DNA from: an uncultured Bacteroidota bacterium
Lineage (GTDB): Bacteria; Bacteroidota; Ignavibacteria; UBA10030; UBA6906
Length of the DNA: 64,000 nucleotides
Direction of reading: 5' to 3'
Assembly (NCBI GenBank): GCA_963700635.1
Contig: CAVOYH010000002.1
Span: forward strand, 1-64,000
Shown here: piece by piece, positions 41,036 through 50,310 of the stretch
Numbering within the stretch: the stretch's first letter is position 1
How the letters are laid out: each line of letters opens with the position of its first letter
Notes under the pieces: generated by a model
Databases searched by the model: none
Seen by the model: the letters and a program-made list of their open reading frames with translations, nothing else
Told to the model about the DNA's origin: nothing
Position numbers and translations under genes: made by a program

Positions 41036-42085
41036 ATGAGATACATTGCTATCATTTGTCTGGTACTTTTTGCCAGCGCAGCAGCCATGAGTCAGACCAT
41101 CACGAATACTCTCAAGAACTTCTCCAGGAACGGGGACACATACACGTTTGAAATATGGAGTCAGGCCTCACAGAGTGGCATGGGTACAAATCAGGCATTA
41201 TTTCAAGTGTACATCACCTACGGCGCGTTCACCGTTTCAGGATCGACTGTCACGCTGGAGAGCAAGTTCAGTTCATTTGGTCCTGGCAGTCTGGGGTTGT
41301 GGACCTCGGGGGGCATCCAGGGCTTTCAGTTTTCGTTCGGTGGAAGCGGTCTCCCCGGAATTGAAATCTCGTCTGCCGTGGGGGGCGAGAAGGTTCTTAC
41401 GCTCAGATGCAAGATCATCGATACGACCAAGACCTCAGGTCTTTCTTGGGTAACGGCCAACGGATGGTTCTGGTTGACCAACCTCTGGGCGGGCAGCGAC
41501 AACAGCCCGCTGCCGGTTCAGTTGTCGTCGTTCGCGGTTCAGGTGATCAGTGGTGCTGCGCGCTTGACATGGATCACCACGTCTGAAATTGACAACTACG
41601 GGTTTTGCGTAGAGCGTGGTAACTCGCCGGACAATCTGGCAGATGCCGAGGATGGCTTTGTTCCCGGTCATAACACGACGATTGAGCCGCACGAATACTC
41701 GTGGACAGATAAAAATCCCGTATCATACTACAGGCTGCGCCAAATCGATCTAAACGGGAGCGTCCATTACTCGGATATCGTGTCGACAAGTACTGCCGGG
41801 GTGATACCAGTTCTTGCTGCGCGTGAGTTTGTCCTGATCCAGAACTACCCCAACCCCTTTAACCCTTCAACGACGATCCGCTACGGCTTGCCCAACAGGA
41901 CAGCTGTACAGCTGTCAGTCTACAACACAATCGGGCAGCAGGTATCCATTCTGCAGAATGGGGAACAGGAAGCAGGGTATCATGAGGTCAAGTTCGATGC
42001 GCGAAATCTCCCGAGCGGGGTTTATTTCTATCGGATGCAGGCGGGCGCATTCACAGAGACCAAGAAACTTCTCCTGGTCAGATAG
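41036..42085 (+). CDS. Secreted protein with T9SS type A sorting domain
   Basis: Signal peptide MRYIAIICLVLFASAAAMSQ, PLPVQLSSF linker, QNYPNPFNPSTTIRY..LPSGVYFYRMQAG..TKKLLLVR. Confidence 0.9.
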   Translation: MRYIAIICLVLFASAAAMSQTITNTLKNFSRNGDTYTFEIWSQASQSGMGTNQALFQVYITYGAFTVSGSTVTLESKFSSFGPGSLGLWTSGGIQGFQFSFGGSGLPGIEISSAVGGEKVLTLRCKIIDTTKTSGLSWVTANGWFWLTNLWAGSDNSPLPVQLSSFAVQVISGAARLTWITTSEIDNYGFCVERGNSPDNLADAEDGFVPGHNTTIEPHEYSWTDKNPVSYYRLRQIDLNGSVHYSDIVSTSTAGVIPVLAAREFVLIQNYPNPFNPSTTIRYGLPNRTAVQLSVYNTIGQQVSILQNGEQEAGYHEVKFDARNLPSGVYFYRMQAGAFTETKKLLLVR

Positions 42086-42320
42086 TGTATCACGGGCCCG
42101 CCATCATCACCGGGCTCGTTGACTATCCGCTCACCGTTCCGTGCTATGCGATCATAGCGTCCTCGGGGAGAGGCGTGCGGGGGATAGAGCGGAGGCCTCT
42201 TCGTCGAGAGATGGGGAGGCTGCGTCTTTTGGAGGCAAGCTGTCGATCTTCACTGGAACCGCAAGCCTATCTCCAGATGGCGGATTCCTGAAATCGGAAA
42301 TCCAACTCACGCATTGGTAA

Positions 42321-42668
42321 AGACAAAGGGGGCTGGTCACGTTAGCACGAAGACACGTGTCGGGCTCGTGGTCGGCGTGCGCCAGGACCATCGGGATGTG
42401 AGCGGACTCAAGTAGATCTTTGAGCCAATACCATCCGGTGGTGGATTCAACGGCAGTCTGGTGTTCGGCGTCAAGGGTGGTGAAATAATCCGGCACAAGC
42501 GGTAGAGAATTAGGAACACGTCTTTGTTTGACGATTGCGCCTGTTTCATCAACAGTAGTGATGTAACAATTATCGCGGTGCAGATCGATACCTGAATAGA
42601 ACACGACAAGCCTCCTTTCGAATTGTTACTCTAAATTGCAACTTTCGAAAGTTCCTTGTTGGTAATAT
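42321..42668 (-). mobile_element. Internally deleted IS110-family (IS1111-like) element inserted at an attC inverse core
   Basis: Transposase N-terminus 42604-42374 (YSGIDLH..AVESTTGWYWL; RBS AAAGGAGG); only 64 bp upstream and ~53 bp downstream non-coding sequence remain. Confidence 0.8.
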
Positions 42669-42827
42669 CCAGTCGCTCAAGCTGACGTGCGAACCGCAAA
42701 CGCGCCAAAGTCTTGAGAGTTGAGTTACCAACTGAGAACTTACGATGCAACAAGAACTAACGTATCTAAAAAATTAATCCCAACCCGCTGGAGCGTTCGC
42801 ACGCAGCTTAGCTCCAGTCCGTTAGGC
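42669..42827 (+). other. Integron attC site 4 (R'' interrupted by the IS)
   Basis: L'' GCTCAAGC+TGACGTGCGAAC pairs with GTTCGCACGCA+GCTTAGC, leaving an extra C and A on the top strand; R' GTTAGGC 42821-42827. Confidence 0.88.
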
Positions 42828-42857
42828 AACATATTTGATATTTGAGGATATAAAGTC

Positions 42858-44857
42858 ATGAGATCCATTAAAATTACAATATTTATTTTATCTGATATTA
42901 TTTTGCTTTCCTTTCACTCAGATCAAGGCACAAACGAAGAAACGGGCAATGACTTTTCTGGATATAATCCAGATGAGAAGCCTTGGTTCGCGGCAGAATG
43001 GAGATATTTCTCCTGATGGGAAATGGTTTGTTTATACAATTAGAGTTCCTGATTGGGAAACAAATAGAAGATTTGAAGACATTTATATTACTACTTTAAC
43101 TGGCGGTAAGACAAAGCAGATGACCTTCACAAAAGATAAGAATGAAAGATTCCCCAAATGGTGCAAAGATAGTTCAGTCTTTGCATTTTTATCAAATCGT
43201 TCCGAGGATAAGAACCAGATATATTTTATGCGACCAGATGGAGGTGAAGCATGGCAAGTAACTGATGATAAATTTGGCGTAAGCAGTTATGAATTGAGCA
43301 GTAACGGGAAATATCTTGCCTATCTGGGTGGAAAACCTGAAGAAAGACAAATCTGGGTTATGCCAGGTGAAGGAGGGAGAAGCCGAAAAACTAACAAACC
43401 ATAAAATCCCCGATTAGTTCATATTTGTGGAATCCAAACGGTAAGAAGATCTATTTTGTTGCCTCCGCTCATCTATGGGAAATTGACATTGAGACAAAGG
43501 AAGAAATACGTCTTACAGGGGAAAATGAATATTCGGTTTCAGATGTTATAATTTCGGACGACGGAACGAACATCGCATTTATCGGTTCCTCAAAAACTAG
43601 TGAAGTCTACCTTCTTGACTTAAATACTAATACCATTTCACGATTAACAAATAATTCAGTAGATGAATGGTCACTGAGTTTTTCTCCAGACAGCAAATGG
43701 TTTGCTTTTATTTGTGGAGGCGGTGGGGTATTTGGTGATCCGGGGGGGAAAGTCTACATTATGCCCACAGAAGGAGGAGAACTTAAGAAATTGATGAGTA
43801 ACTTTGACTACGCTGACAACTTAGGCTATTTTTGGGGTGACGATAGCAGGTATATCTATTTCACTTCTCAGGTTGGAGTGGATTATCATCATTTCAGTGT
43901 ATCAATCGATAATGACCAAATAAAACTGATTGCAAAATTTGAGGGTGGTATTCATTTTAGAAAGGATAAAGATTCTGGAAAAATGCTTATTTCCTATTCA
44001 GATCCGGAAAATCCAGCAGACTTATTATTACAGCGAACCCGATAAATTTTAACGACAGAGATAAATGGATAAGACTTACAGATGCAAATCCACAGGTAAA
44101 AGGATTCTTGCTAGGCAAATATGAAACCATAAGGTGGAAAAGCACAGACGGTAGAACCATTGAAGGTCTTCTTATAAAACCGGTAAATTATAGTGAAGAT
44201 AGAAAATATCCCCTGATAGTCGATATACATGGAGGACCCGCATCTGCATCCATCAATAATTTTAATTCTTATATTCACATTTTCGCAGCGAACGATTATG
44301 TTGTTTTTCAGCCAAACTATCGTGGTTCTTCAGGATATGGTGAAAAATTCAAAAAAGAGATTGAAGGAGACTGGTTTGGGCAGTCATTCGATGATATTAT
44401 GACAGGCGTAGATTACCTGATTGAAAGGGAGATAGTTCATCCGGACAGTATGGGTATTATGGGCTGGAGTTTCGGAGGCGACTTGTGTAATGAGGCGTTG
44501 GTATCTACCAACCGGTTCAAGGCAATTTCAACAGGTGCCAGCTCGAATGTACCAAAAAGGTATTTGAATAATGCAAAGACACCGACATTAATACACTGTG
44601 GTGAGAATGACAATGAATAATATAAGTCAAAGTGAAGAATTATATATTGCTTACAAAACATAGGAGTGCCTACAGAATTTATTGTTTATCCTAATACAGG
44701 ACATATGATCGGTGTTGTTGAATATGGAATCGGTAATATGAGATACATGATGGTTAAAATGCAATCAGAATTTTACTGGTTTGAGAAATGGATTAGAGGT
44801 AAAGAAAAAGGATGGATTGACTGTAAAGAAATAATAGAATCCTTGGAAGAAAGATAG
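42858..44857 (+). pseudogene. S9 (prolyl oligopeptidase/acylaminoacyl peptidase) family gene, AT-rich cassette with several frameshifts
   Basis: SPDGKW propeller repeats, DIHGGP, NYRGSSGYG, GWSFGG nucleophile, HCGEND, YPNTGH; fragments 42949-43404, 43425-44045, 44108-44620, 44666-44857. Confidence 0.88.
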
Positions 44858-44908
44858 AACCAACAAAAGAATAAGAAATTAATTGAATGGATTATCATTC
44901 AGTAAGAT

Positions 44909-44930
44909 GCCTAACCAGCTTTTAGGCAAC
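44909..44930 (+). other. Collapsed attC remnant closing the S9 cassette
   Basis: TGCCTAAC is complementary to the cassette start GTTAGGCA; TTAGGCAAC follows 6 bp later, identical to 42822-42830. Confidence 0.6.
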
Positions 44931-44978
44931 CCAATGGATAGGAAGCTATTGACAAGTTTGAACGGGTGATTGAAATTA

Positions 44979-45195
44979 TGTACGTCTTCAGACCATTTTG
45001 GACACTTTGGGCGCAAAGTTAAGAGACAGTTTTTGGCATATCCCGGTTGATGGTAGGTGTGTACGTGTGTAACTGATTGTGCCTTCTCCGCTGTTCAAAC
45101 GTCTGCCGCTTGATCTTTTCCCGCTTCGTTTCGATTTCCTTAGCACGTCCGAAGTAGACATCTGCCGGCGTCAGGTTGTGCAGTGACTTGATTGC
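44979..45195 (-). mobile_element. IS3/IS481-like element remnant (transposase C-terminus and right end)
   Basis: KSLHNLTPADVYFGR..REKIKRQT; end sequence begins TGTACGTCTTCAGACCATTTTGGACAC. Confidence 0.7.
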
Positions 45196-45329
45196 CCCTG
45201 CCTGGAAACGCTCGTCACGAACTTCAGTGCGTCGGATCTTCGGGAGCATCGGGTAGACACCTTTCGACGGGTACCGCTTTCGTCGTGGAAGTACAGGTAG
45301 TAGTAACGGCCACGTTTGGTCAGGAACAT
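45171..45329 (-). pseudogene. N-terminal (arm-binding) remnant of a tyrosine integrase
   Basis: 52-aa ORF MFLTKRGRYYYLYFHDESGTRRKVSTRCSRRSDALKFV, downstream of the tRNA-Ser 3' end and truncated by the IS remnant. Confidence 0.6.
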
Positions 45330-45361
45330 GGTTCACCCTGTGGATTGGGTGAGCAGGGGAG

Positions 45362-45382
45362 TGGTTACTCGACTGGTTACTC
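45362..45382. repeat. Tandem 9-bp direct repeat, candidate integrase arm-type sites
   Basis: TGGTTACTC at 45362-45370 and 45374-45382, between the tRNA 3' end and the integrase start. Confidence 0.55.
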
Positions 45383-45478
45383 TTGCGGGTCACCTTGAAG
45401 CGCACGGACATAAAAAAAGTGCGTGTGGCGAGCACGCACGTTTTGAAAACTGCCTAATACCGATCAATTTCGGTAGGG

Positions 45479-45567
45479 CGGAGGGGGAGAGATTCGAACT
45501 CTCGGTAGAGTGTAAACCCTACGACGGTTTAGCAAACCGTTGGTTTCGGCCACTCACCCACCCCTCC
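45479..45567 (-). tRNA. tRNA-Ser(GCT)
   Basis: GGAGGGG acceptor stem, anticodon loop TT-GCT-AA, long variable arm, GTTCGAATC. Confidence 0.96.
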
Positions 45568-45790
45568 ATCATCAAAAAGGGCACTGAAGTGCGCAGAATA
45601 GATACAGAAGAGCAATCCGCCCTCTTCTGAGTACAACGCGCCGATAAGATAACGAAAAATTCACCCCCCCGCAAGACCACTACTTGATTCTTCACTTCCT
45701 TTTTACCATTTTTTTATGATTATGCCGGATACTATAGTTAACCACCCGGCTGCAAAGCAGGCTTATGATGACGACAGGGGAGTACACACC

Positions 45791-48190
45791 GTGAGGAGCA
45801 AACGACGTTGGCTGTGTTTCAGCATGCTCGTTCTTTTCACCGTGCTGGGTGCCCACGCGCAATCGCAGGATCAACTCCGCCAGCAGGCGGAATCACGCCT
45901 CCGCCAGATGTCCCCCACCGAAATCGAACAAGCCCTCAAACAGTACGGTATGACACTCGATGAGGCCGTCCAGAAAGCACAAACACTGGGCATATCACTC
46001 CAGGACTACCTCGGAAAAGCCAGCAGCACCACGCAGGAACGCACAGAACAACTGCTCGTCGATCCCCGCCTGAACTGGCAGGGAATGGCAACTGCCAAGA
46101 AGACTCTCGACAGCGCCCTTGTTGCCAAGATCCTCCCGGCCATCACCGCGCCTGTGGATGTGCCCGGCTTTAAAGGACGGCTGGGCATCGGAGAAAATAT
46201 CCGACCCTTCGGCTATGACGTGTTCCAGTACCCGGCGACTACGTTTCTCCCGTCTCTGAGCGTGGCAACGCCACCATCGTACGTGCTCGGGGCCGGTGAC
46301 GAACTGGTGGTTTCCGTGTGGGGCGAAACACAACTTTCACACCGGGTCCAGGTGAACAGGGAAGGGAATATCGTCATACCCGACGTGGGACCCGTGGCAG
46401 CCATCGGACAAACGATAGAGAAGTTCCGGGACCGGCTCCAACGCCGGATGTCAGGCGTGTATTCAAGTCTGGCCGGCTCACCCGGCCGGACCCGTTCGTA
46501 TCTGGATGTCTCCCTCGGAAAAATGAAGACCATCCAGGTGTTCGTCCTCGGCGAAGTCCAGAAACCAGGCGGATACCAGCTCTCGTCCATGTCATCCGCC
46601 CTGCACGCTCTCTATCTGGCCGGCGGACCGACCGTGGACGGGACACTCCGGAATGTTCAGGTGCTCAGACGCGGGGAACCCGCCCTGAACGTTGATGTGT
46701 ATTCCTTCGTCCTCCTGGGCGACCGGTCCAGCGATCAACCCCTGCAGGACGGAGACATCGTCCTCGTAAAACCTGCCGGGAAACGGGCCGCCGTGGTCGG
46801 TACCGTGCTGCGCCCGGCAATCTACGAGGTGAAGCCGGGAGAAAATCTCGGCGCACTGATCGGCCTCGCAGGCGGGCCCCGATTTGATGCCCATCTGGAA
46901 CGTGTGCATATCGAACGTATCGTGCCCTTTGACCGACGCAGAGAATATAGCCGGGACATCTTGGATTTTGATGTGCACTTCCGGAACGAAGGCGATCTCC
47001 TGACAGATACCACCGTTGTAGAGGATGGTGATGTCGTCACGTTCCACGAAATTCTCTACCTCCACGAGAATCGCGTCGTGATCATCGGGAATGTCAACAA
47101 GCCGGGTCCGTTTGAATTCCGTGAGGGTATGCGCGTGGCAGATCTTATCATGGCCGCCGATAGCCTCCGGCTCGCGAGCTTTGCCGAGTGGGCAACGCTC
47201 TTTCGCACATTGCCAAACCTGCGCAGGGAAGTGATCGGGTTTAGTCCGCGTATGGCTCTGCAGGGAGACCCCCACGAGAATCTGTTGCTGCGGAATGAAG
47301 ATAGTGTTGTGGTGTATTCCTTCAACCAGTTCTATCCCGGTGAAGAAGTGTCTGTGTTCGGTGCAGTGAGGAAGCCGGGGAATTACCCGCGCCACGATAG
47401 CATGACCGTCTCTGATCTGGTCGTGATGGCAGGTGGGCTTGTGGATGGCGCAACCACAACGGGATGGGAGTTATCGCGCCTGGACACTTCAGACATCAAA
47501 ACGTATACGCAAATGATCAAGGTGGAAGGCGATCAGGACTACTGGCGGCACGACGGGGGGAAGGGTGTGCACCTCCAGGATTATGATGTGCTGACGGTTC
47601 CGTATGATCCGCGGTTTTCGACTCCGAAATTTATCCGTGTCAGCGGCTATGTGATGTATCCCGGTACCTACACAATACAATATGAGGGTGAGCGTATCGC
47701 GGATATTTTCAGGCGCGCCGGAGGGCTCCGTCCGGGGGCCTATCTGGAAGGATCACGGCTGGTCCGCAAGTTCAACAACGCCGGACTCGTGCCCCTGGAT
47801 TTCCGGAAAGCTATGGAGCGCGAGAATTCGCGGGACAATGTGGTGGTCTATGACGGTGACTCCATCAATGTGGCATTTACCGAAGACATGATCTATGTGA
47901 GCGGGGAAGTCTATGTGCCTTCGCCCGTGCTGTATGAAGAAGGCGCCGGGCTGAGCTACTATATAAGGCAGGCAGGCGGATACAAGGAAGAGGCGGAGAA
48001 AGGGAACACCGTGGTGTTCCTCCCCGGCGGGAAAAAATGGGATAGCGGAGAGATCCTTCCGGGAAGCACGATCCTCGTGCCAAGGGAGCTCGACAAACCG
48101 GACAATACGCTCCCAGTTCTCCGTGACCTGGCGACCATTCTTGCCAGTCTGGCGGCAATCACCGTCGCCCTCGTTCAGGTCACCAAGTAA
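45791..48190 (+). CDS. SLBB-repeat polysaccharide export protein (Wza/KpsD-like)
   Basis: PFGYDVF, YVLGAGDEL..VWG, repeated GEVQKPG/GNVNKPG/GAVRKPG..AGG SLBB units. Confidence 0.9.
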   Translation: MRSKRRWLCFSMLVLFTVLGAHAQSQDQLRQQAESRLRQMSPTEIEQALKQYGMTLDEAVQKAQTLGISLQDYLGKASSTTQERTEQLLVDPRLNWQGMATAKKTLDSALVAKILPAITAPVDVPGFKGRLGIGENIRPFGYDVFQYPATTFLPSLSVATPPSYVLGAGDELVVSVWGETQLSHRVQVNREGNIVIPDVGPVAAIGQTIEKFRDRLQRRMSGVYSSLAGSPGRTRSYLDVSLGKMKTIQVFVLGEVQKPGGYQLSSMSSALHALYLAGGPTVDGTLRNVQVLRRGEPALNVDVYSFVLLGDRSSDQPLQDGDIVLVKPAGKRAAVVGTVLRPAIYEVKPGENLGALIGLAGGPRFDAHLERVHIERIVPFDRRREYSRDILDFDVHFRNEGDLLTDTTVVEDGDVVTFHEILYLHENRVVIIGNVNKPGPFEFREGMRVADLIMAADSLRLASFAEWATLFRTLPNLRREVIGFSPRMALQGDPHENLLLRNEDSVVVYSFNQFYPGEEVSVFGAVRKPGNYPRHDSMTVSDLVVMAGGLVDGATTTGWELSRLDTSDIKTYTQMIKVEGDQDYWRHDGGKGVHLQDYDVLTVPYDPRFSTPKFIRVSGYVMYPGTYTIQYEGERIADIFRRAGGLRPGAYLEGSRLVRKFNNAGLVPLDFRKAMERENSRDNVVVYDGDSINVAFTEDMIYVSGEVYVPSPVLYEEGAGLSYYIRQAGGYKEEAEKGNTVVFLPGGKKWDSGEILPGSTILVPRELDKPDNTLPVLRDLATILASLAAITVALVQVTK

Positions 48191-48208
48191 AGCAAGGACC
48201 GACTCATC

Positions 48209-49234
48209 GTGGACAGCTCCCAGAATCCAACACCAACCCCGCAGCCGCGCAAGCTTCATGAGCTGCTGGCTCCGGTCTGGGCCGAACGTAAACGTATCCT
48301 CATCTGGTCATGCGTTGCCGGTATTACCACCCTGCTCTTCAATTTTTTCGTACTCAACCTGACGTACAAGGCATCAACGTCGCTGCTTCCCGAGACGGAA
48401 AAGGGGAAGATGGGGATGCTGAGTCAGTTCTCCGGTCTCGCGCAACTCGCTGGCGTAAATGTTCCGGGATCTGAAGTTGCCCGGCTGTATCCGATTATCG
48501 TCACAAGCGAGACCGTCTTGCGCCCGGTTATCGAACAACTGTATCAGACCCGGCGGGACTCTCTGCCCATCAACCTCATCCAGTACTTTGAACTGGAAGA
48601 GAGTACCCCCGAAAAGAATATGTTCGAAGCGCTCAAGGAACTCCGCGGCGCAATGGCTACTACCTACGACACCAAGACGAGCACCGTTGTGGTGACTCTG
48701 GAATTGGAAGAGCCCCGGCTTGCGGCAGACGTGTTGAATGCCATCGTGCGCGAGCTGGACAGGTTTATGCGTCTAAAACGTATTAACACGGCTTCAGAGC
48801 AGGCAAAGTGGATCAGCTCCCGGCTTGAAGAGGTGGAAAAGGAACTACAGGATGCGGAGGATGCCCTCAAAAGGTTTCGTGAACGTAACCGCAGGGTGAC
48901 CGATTCGCCCGAATTACAGTTACGCCAGGACAGGCTCAGCCGTGAGCTCATCGTAAAATCGACGATCGTCGTTGAGCTCAAGAAACAATATGAGCTGGCC
49001 AAGATTGAAGAGATCAAAAACATTACGATTGTGAACGTCCTGGATGAGGCCCGCGCCCCGGTGAAAAAGGAACGGCCCAAACGGGCTACAAACGCGGCTA
49101 TTGCGTTTGTTTTGGTGTTTCTGGGAATGGGGGGATATTACGCGATGAAGCCTGCCTACGAACCCAGGGTGAGGGAATTTCTCAGCGGTGTAAAACGTAG
49201 TGCTCCCGACAGGATTCGAACCCATACTAAGTGA
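48209..49234 (+). CDS. Wzz/GumC-like chain-length determinant
   Basis: Two TM helices flanking a coiled coil; VLDEARAP..KERPKR. Confidence 0.85.
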   Translation: MDSSQNPTPTPQPRKLHELLAPVWAERKRILIWSCVAGITTLLFNFFVLNLTYKASTSLLPETEKGKMGMLSQFSGLAQLAGVNVPGSEVARLYPIIVTSETVLRPVIEQLYQTRRDSLPINLIQYFELEESTPEKNMFEALKELRGAMATTYDTKTSTVVVTLELEEPRLAADVLNAIVRELDRFMRLKRINTASEQAKWISSRLEEVEKELQDAEDALKRFRERNRRVTDSPELQLRQDRLSRELIVKSTIVVELKKQYELAKIEEIKNITIVNVLDEARAPVKKERPKRATNAAIAFVLVFLGMGGYYAMKPAYEPRVREFLSGVKRSAPDRIRTHTK

Positions 49235-49272
49235 TCCGTAGTCACTCGTGCTATCCATTACACCACGGGAGC
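49201..49272 (-). tRNA. tRNA-Arg(ACG)
   Basis: GCTCCCG/CGGGAGC acceptor stem, loop CT-ACG-GA, GGTTCGAATCC. Confidence 0.95.
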
Positions 49273-49313
49273 AATATTCTAAAATATACCGACCTGCTGT
49301 GTAAGAATCAATA

Positions 49314-49997
49314 TCATTTTTTACGAGATATTGAGGTCAGGCCGGTCGCTGCATACACGTACCCCAGCACCTCTCCCACCACGTCCTTCACCCCCGCGCT
49401 CGTCTGCCACCAGGTATCCGGCCCATAAGAAGTTTCCGGGACGGCGATCACACCCACAGCAATCGAATCCCCCAGAACCCGCTGGAATAACATGCGCGTC
49501 CTTCGTGCGTGAGGGCCAACGGTCACTATGTCGATAGTCCGGGGAAGGGGGCCGGAGCGTTTGATCCAATCGTCCAGCGCCACGGCTGAGGCCATAGTTC
49601 GATCGCGCACAATATGCCCCTGTACCGGCGCGGCAGACAGTTGCTCTGCCGGAGCCCCGAGTTTCAGAAGAGTTGCCCTGGCAACTTCAGCGGTAGTACC
49701 GTATTCCGATAGGAATTGGCCTGCTTCGATAGGGACCCCTGTCGTGACAATCCGGGAGTAGGCTCCCCGGCGGTACGTCTCAAGGGCGTACTGAATGGCA
49801 TAATCCGGGACCCACCCCTCCACAACAAGCATCCCCTCTCCGAGCGGCCGGGTTGTCGAGAAAAAGGTGTAGATCCCGGAGCAAAGGAATGGCCACGTTA
49901 CCACCGAGAGGACCAGGATAACAATCAACCCCTTCAGGGAAGGGACTGGAATCCTCCTGAAACGCACGAGCCCGAAGAACGTAGTGTCTTGTCCCAT
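49314..49997 (-). CDS. YdcF/DUF218-like protein
   Basis: N-terminal TM helix, LVVEGW, VTTG, DRT..SA, VTVGPHARRT, WWQTSAG. Confidence 0.7.
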   Translation of the reverse strand: MGQDTTFFGLVRFRRIPVPSLKGLIVILVLSVVTWPFLCSGIYTFFSTTRPLGEGMLVVEGWVPDYAIQYALETYRRGAYSRIVTTGVPIEAGQFLSEYGTTAEVARATLLKLGAPAEQLSAAPVQGHIVRDRTMASAVALDDWIKRSGPLPRTIDIVTVGPHARRTRMLFQRVLGDSIAVGVIAVPETSYGPDTWWQTSAGVKDVVGEVLGYVYAATGLTSISRKK

Positions 49998-50136
49998 TGC
50001 TGCAATATACCAGACCTGGCGCAATCATCCAAATCCATTTGCATTTTTGCCCCTCCTTCACTACCTTATACAATCCTTGGTATGTACTTGAAGTGCTCTT
50101 TTGCACTCTGAAATTTTGACTTTTTACGGCTTTTCC

Positions 50137-50209
50137 GGGGCTGTAGCTCAGCTGGGAGAGCGCCTCGTTCGCAACGAGGAGGTCGTCGGTTCGACCCCGA
50201 TCAGCTCCA
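50137..50209 (+). tRNA. tRNA-Ala(CGC)
   Basis: GGGGCTGTAGCTCAGCTGGGAGAGCG, loop TT-CGC-AA, GGTTCGACCC, G3-U70 pair. Confidence 0.96.
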
Positions 50210-50211
50210 CT

Positions 50212-50310
50212 GAGGTCAAGTCCTGTGCAACCGCAAGGTGCCCAACCCCGCCAGGTCCGGAAGGAAGCAACGGTCAGCTCCCCAAGGTGTGACACAGGGT
50301 CCTTGGCCTC
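50212..50310 (+). ncRNA. ffs: Small SRP RNA (4.5S)
   Basis: CAGGTCCGGAAGGAAGCAAC helix-8 motif; terminal stem GAGGTCAAG/CTTGGCCTC. Confidence 0.93.

Larger units (their letters stand above)
40813..42123 (+). repeat. 27-bp exact direct repeat (40813-40839 and 42097-42123) flanking a T9SS gene
   Basis: CCCGCCATCATCACCGGGCTCGTTGAC in both copies, continuing (A/T)ATCCG. Confidence 0.9.
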
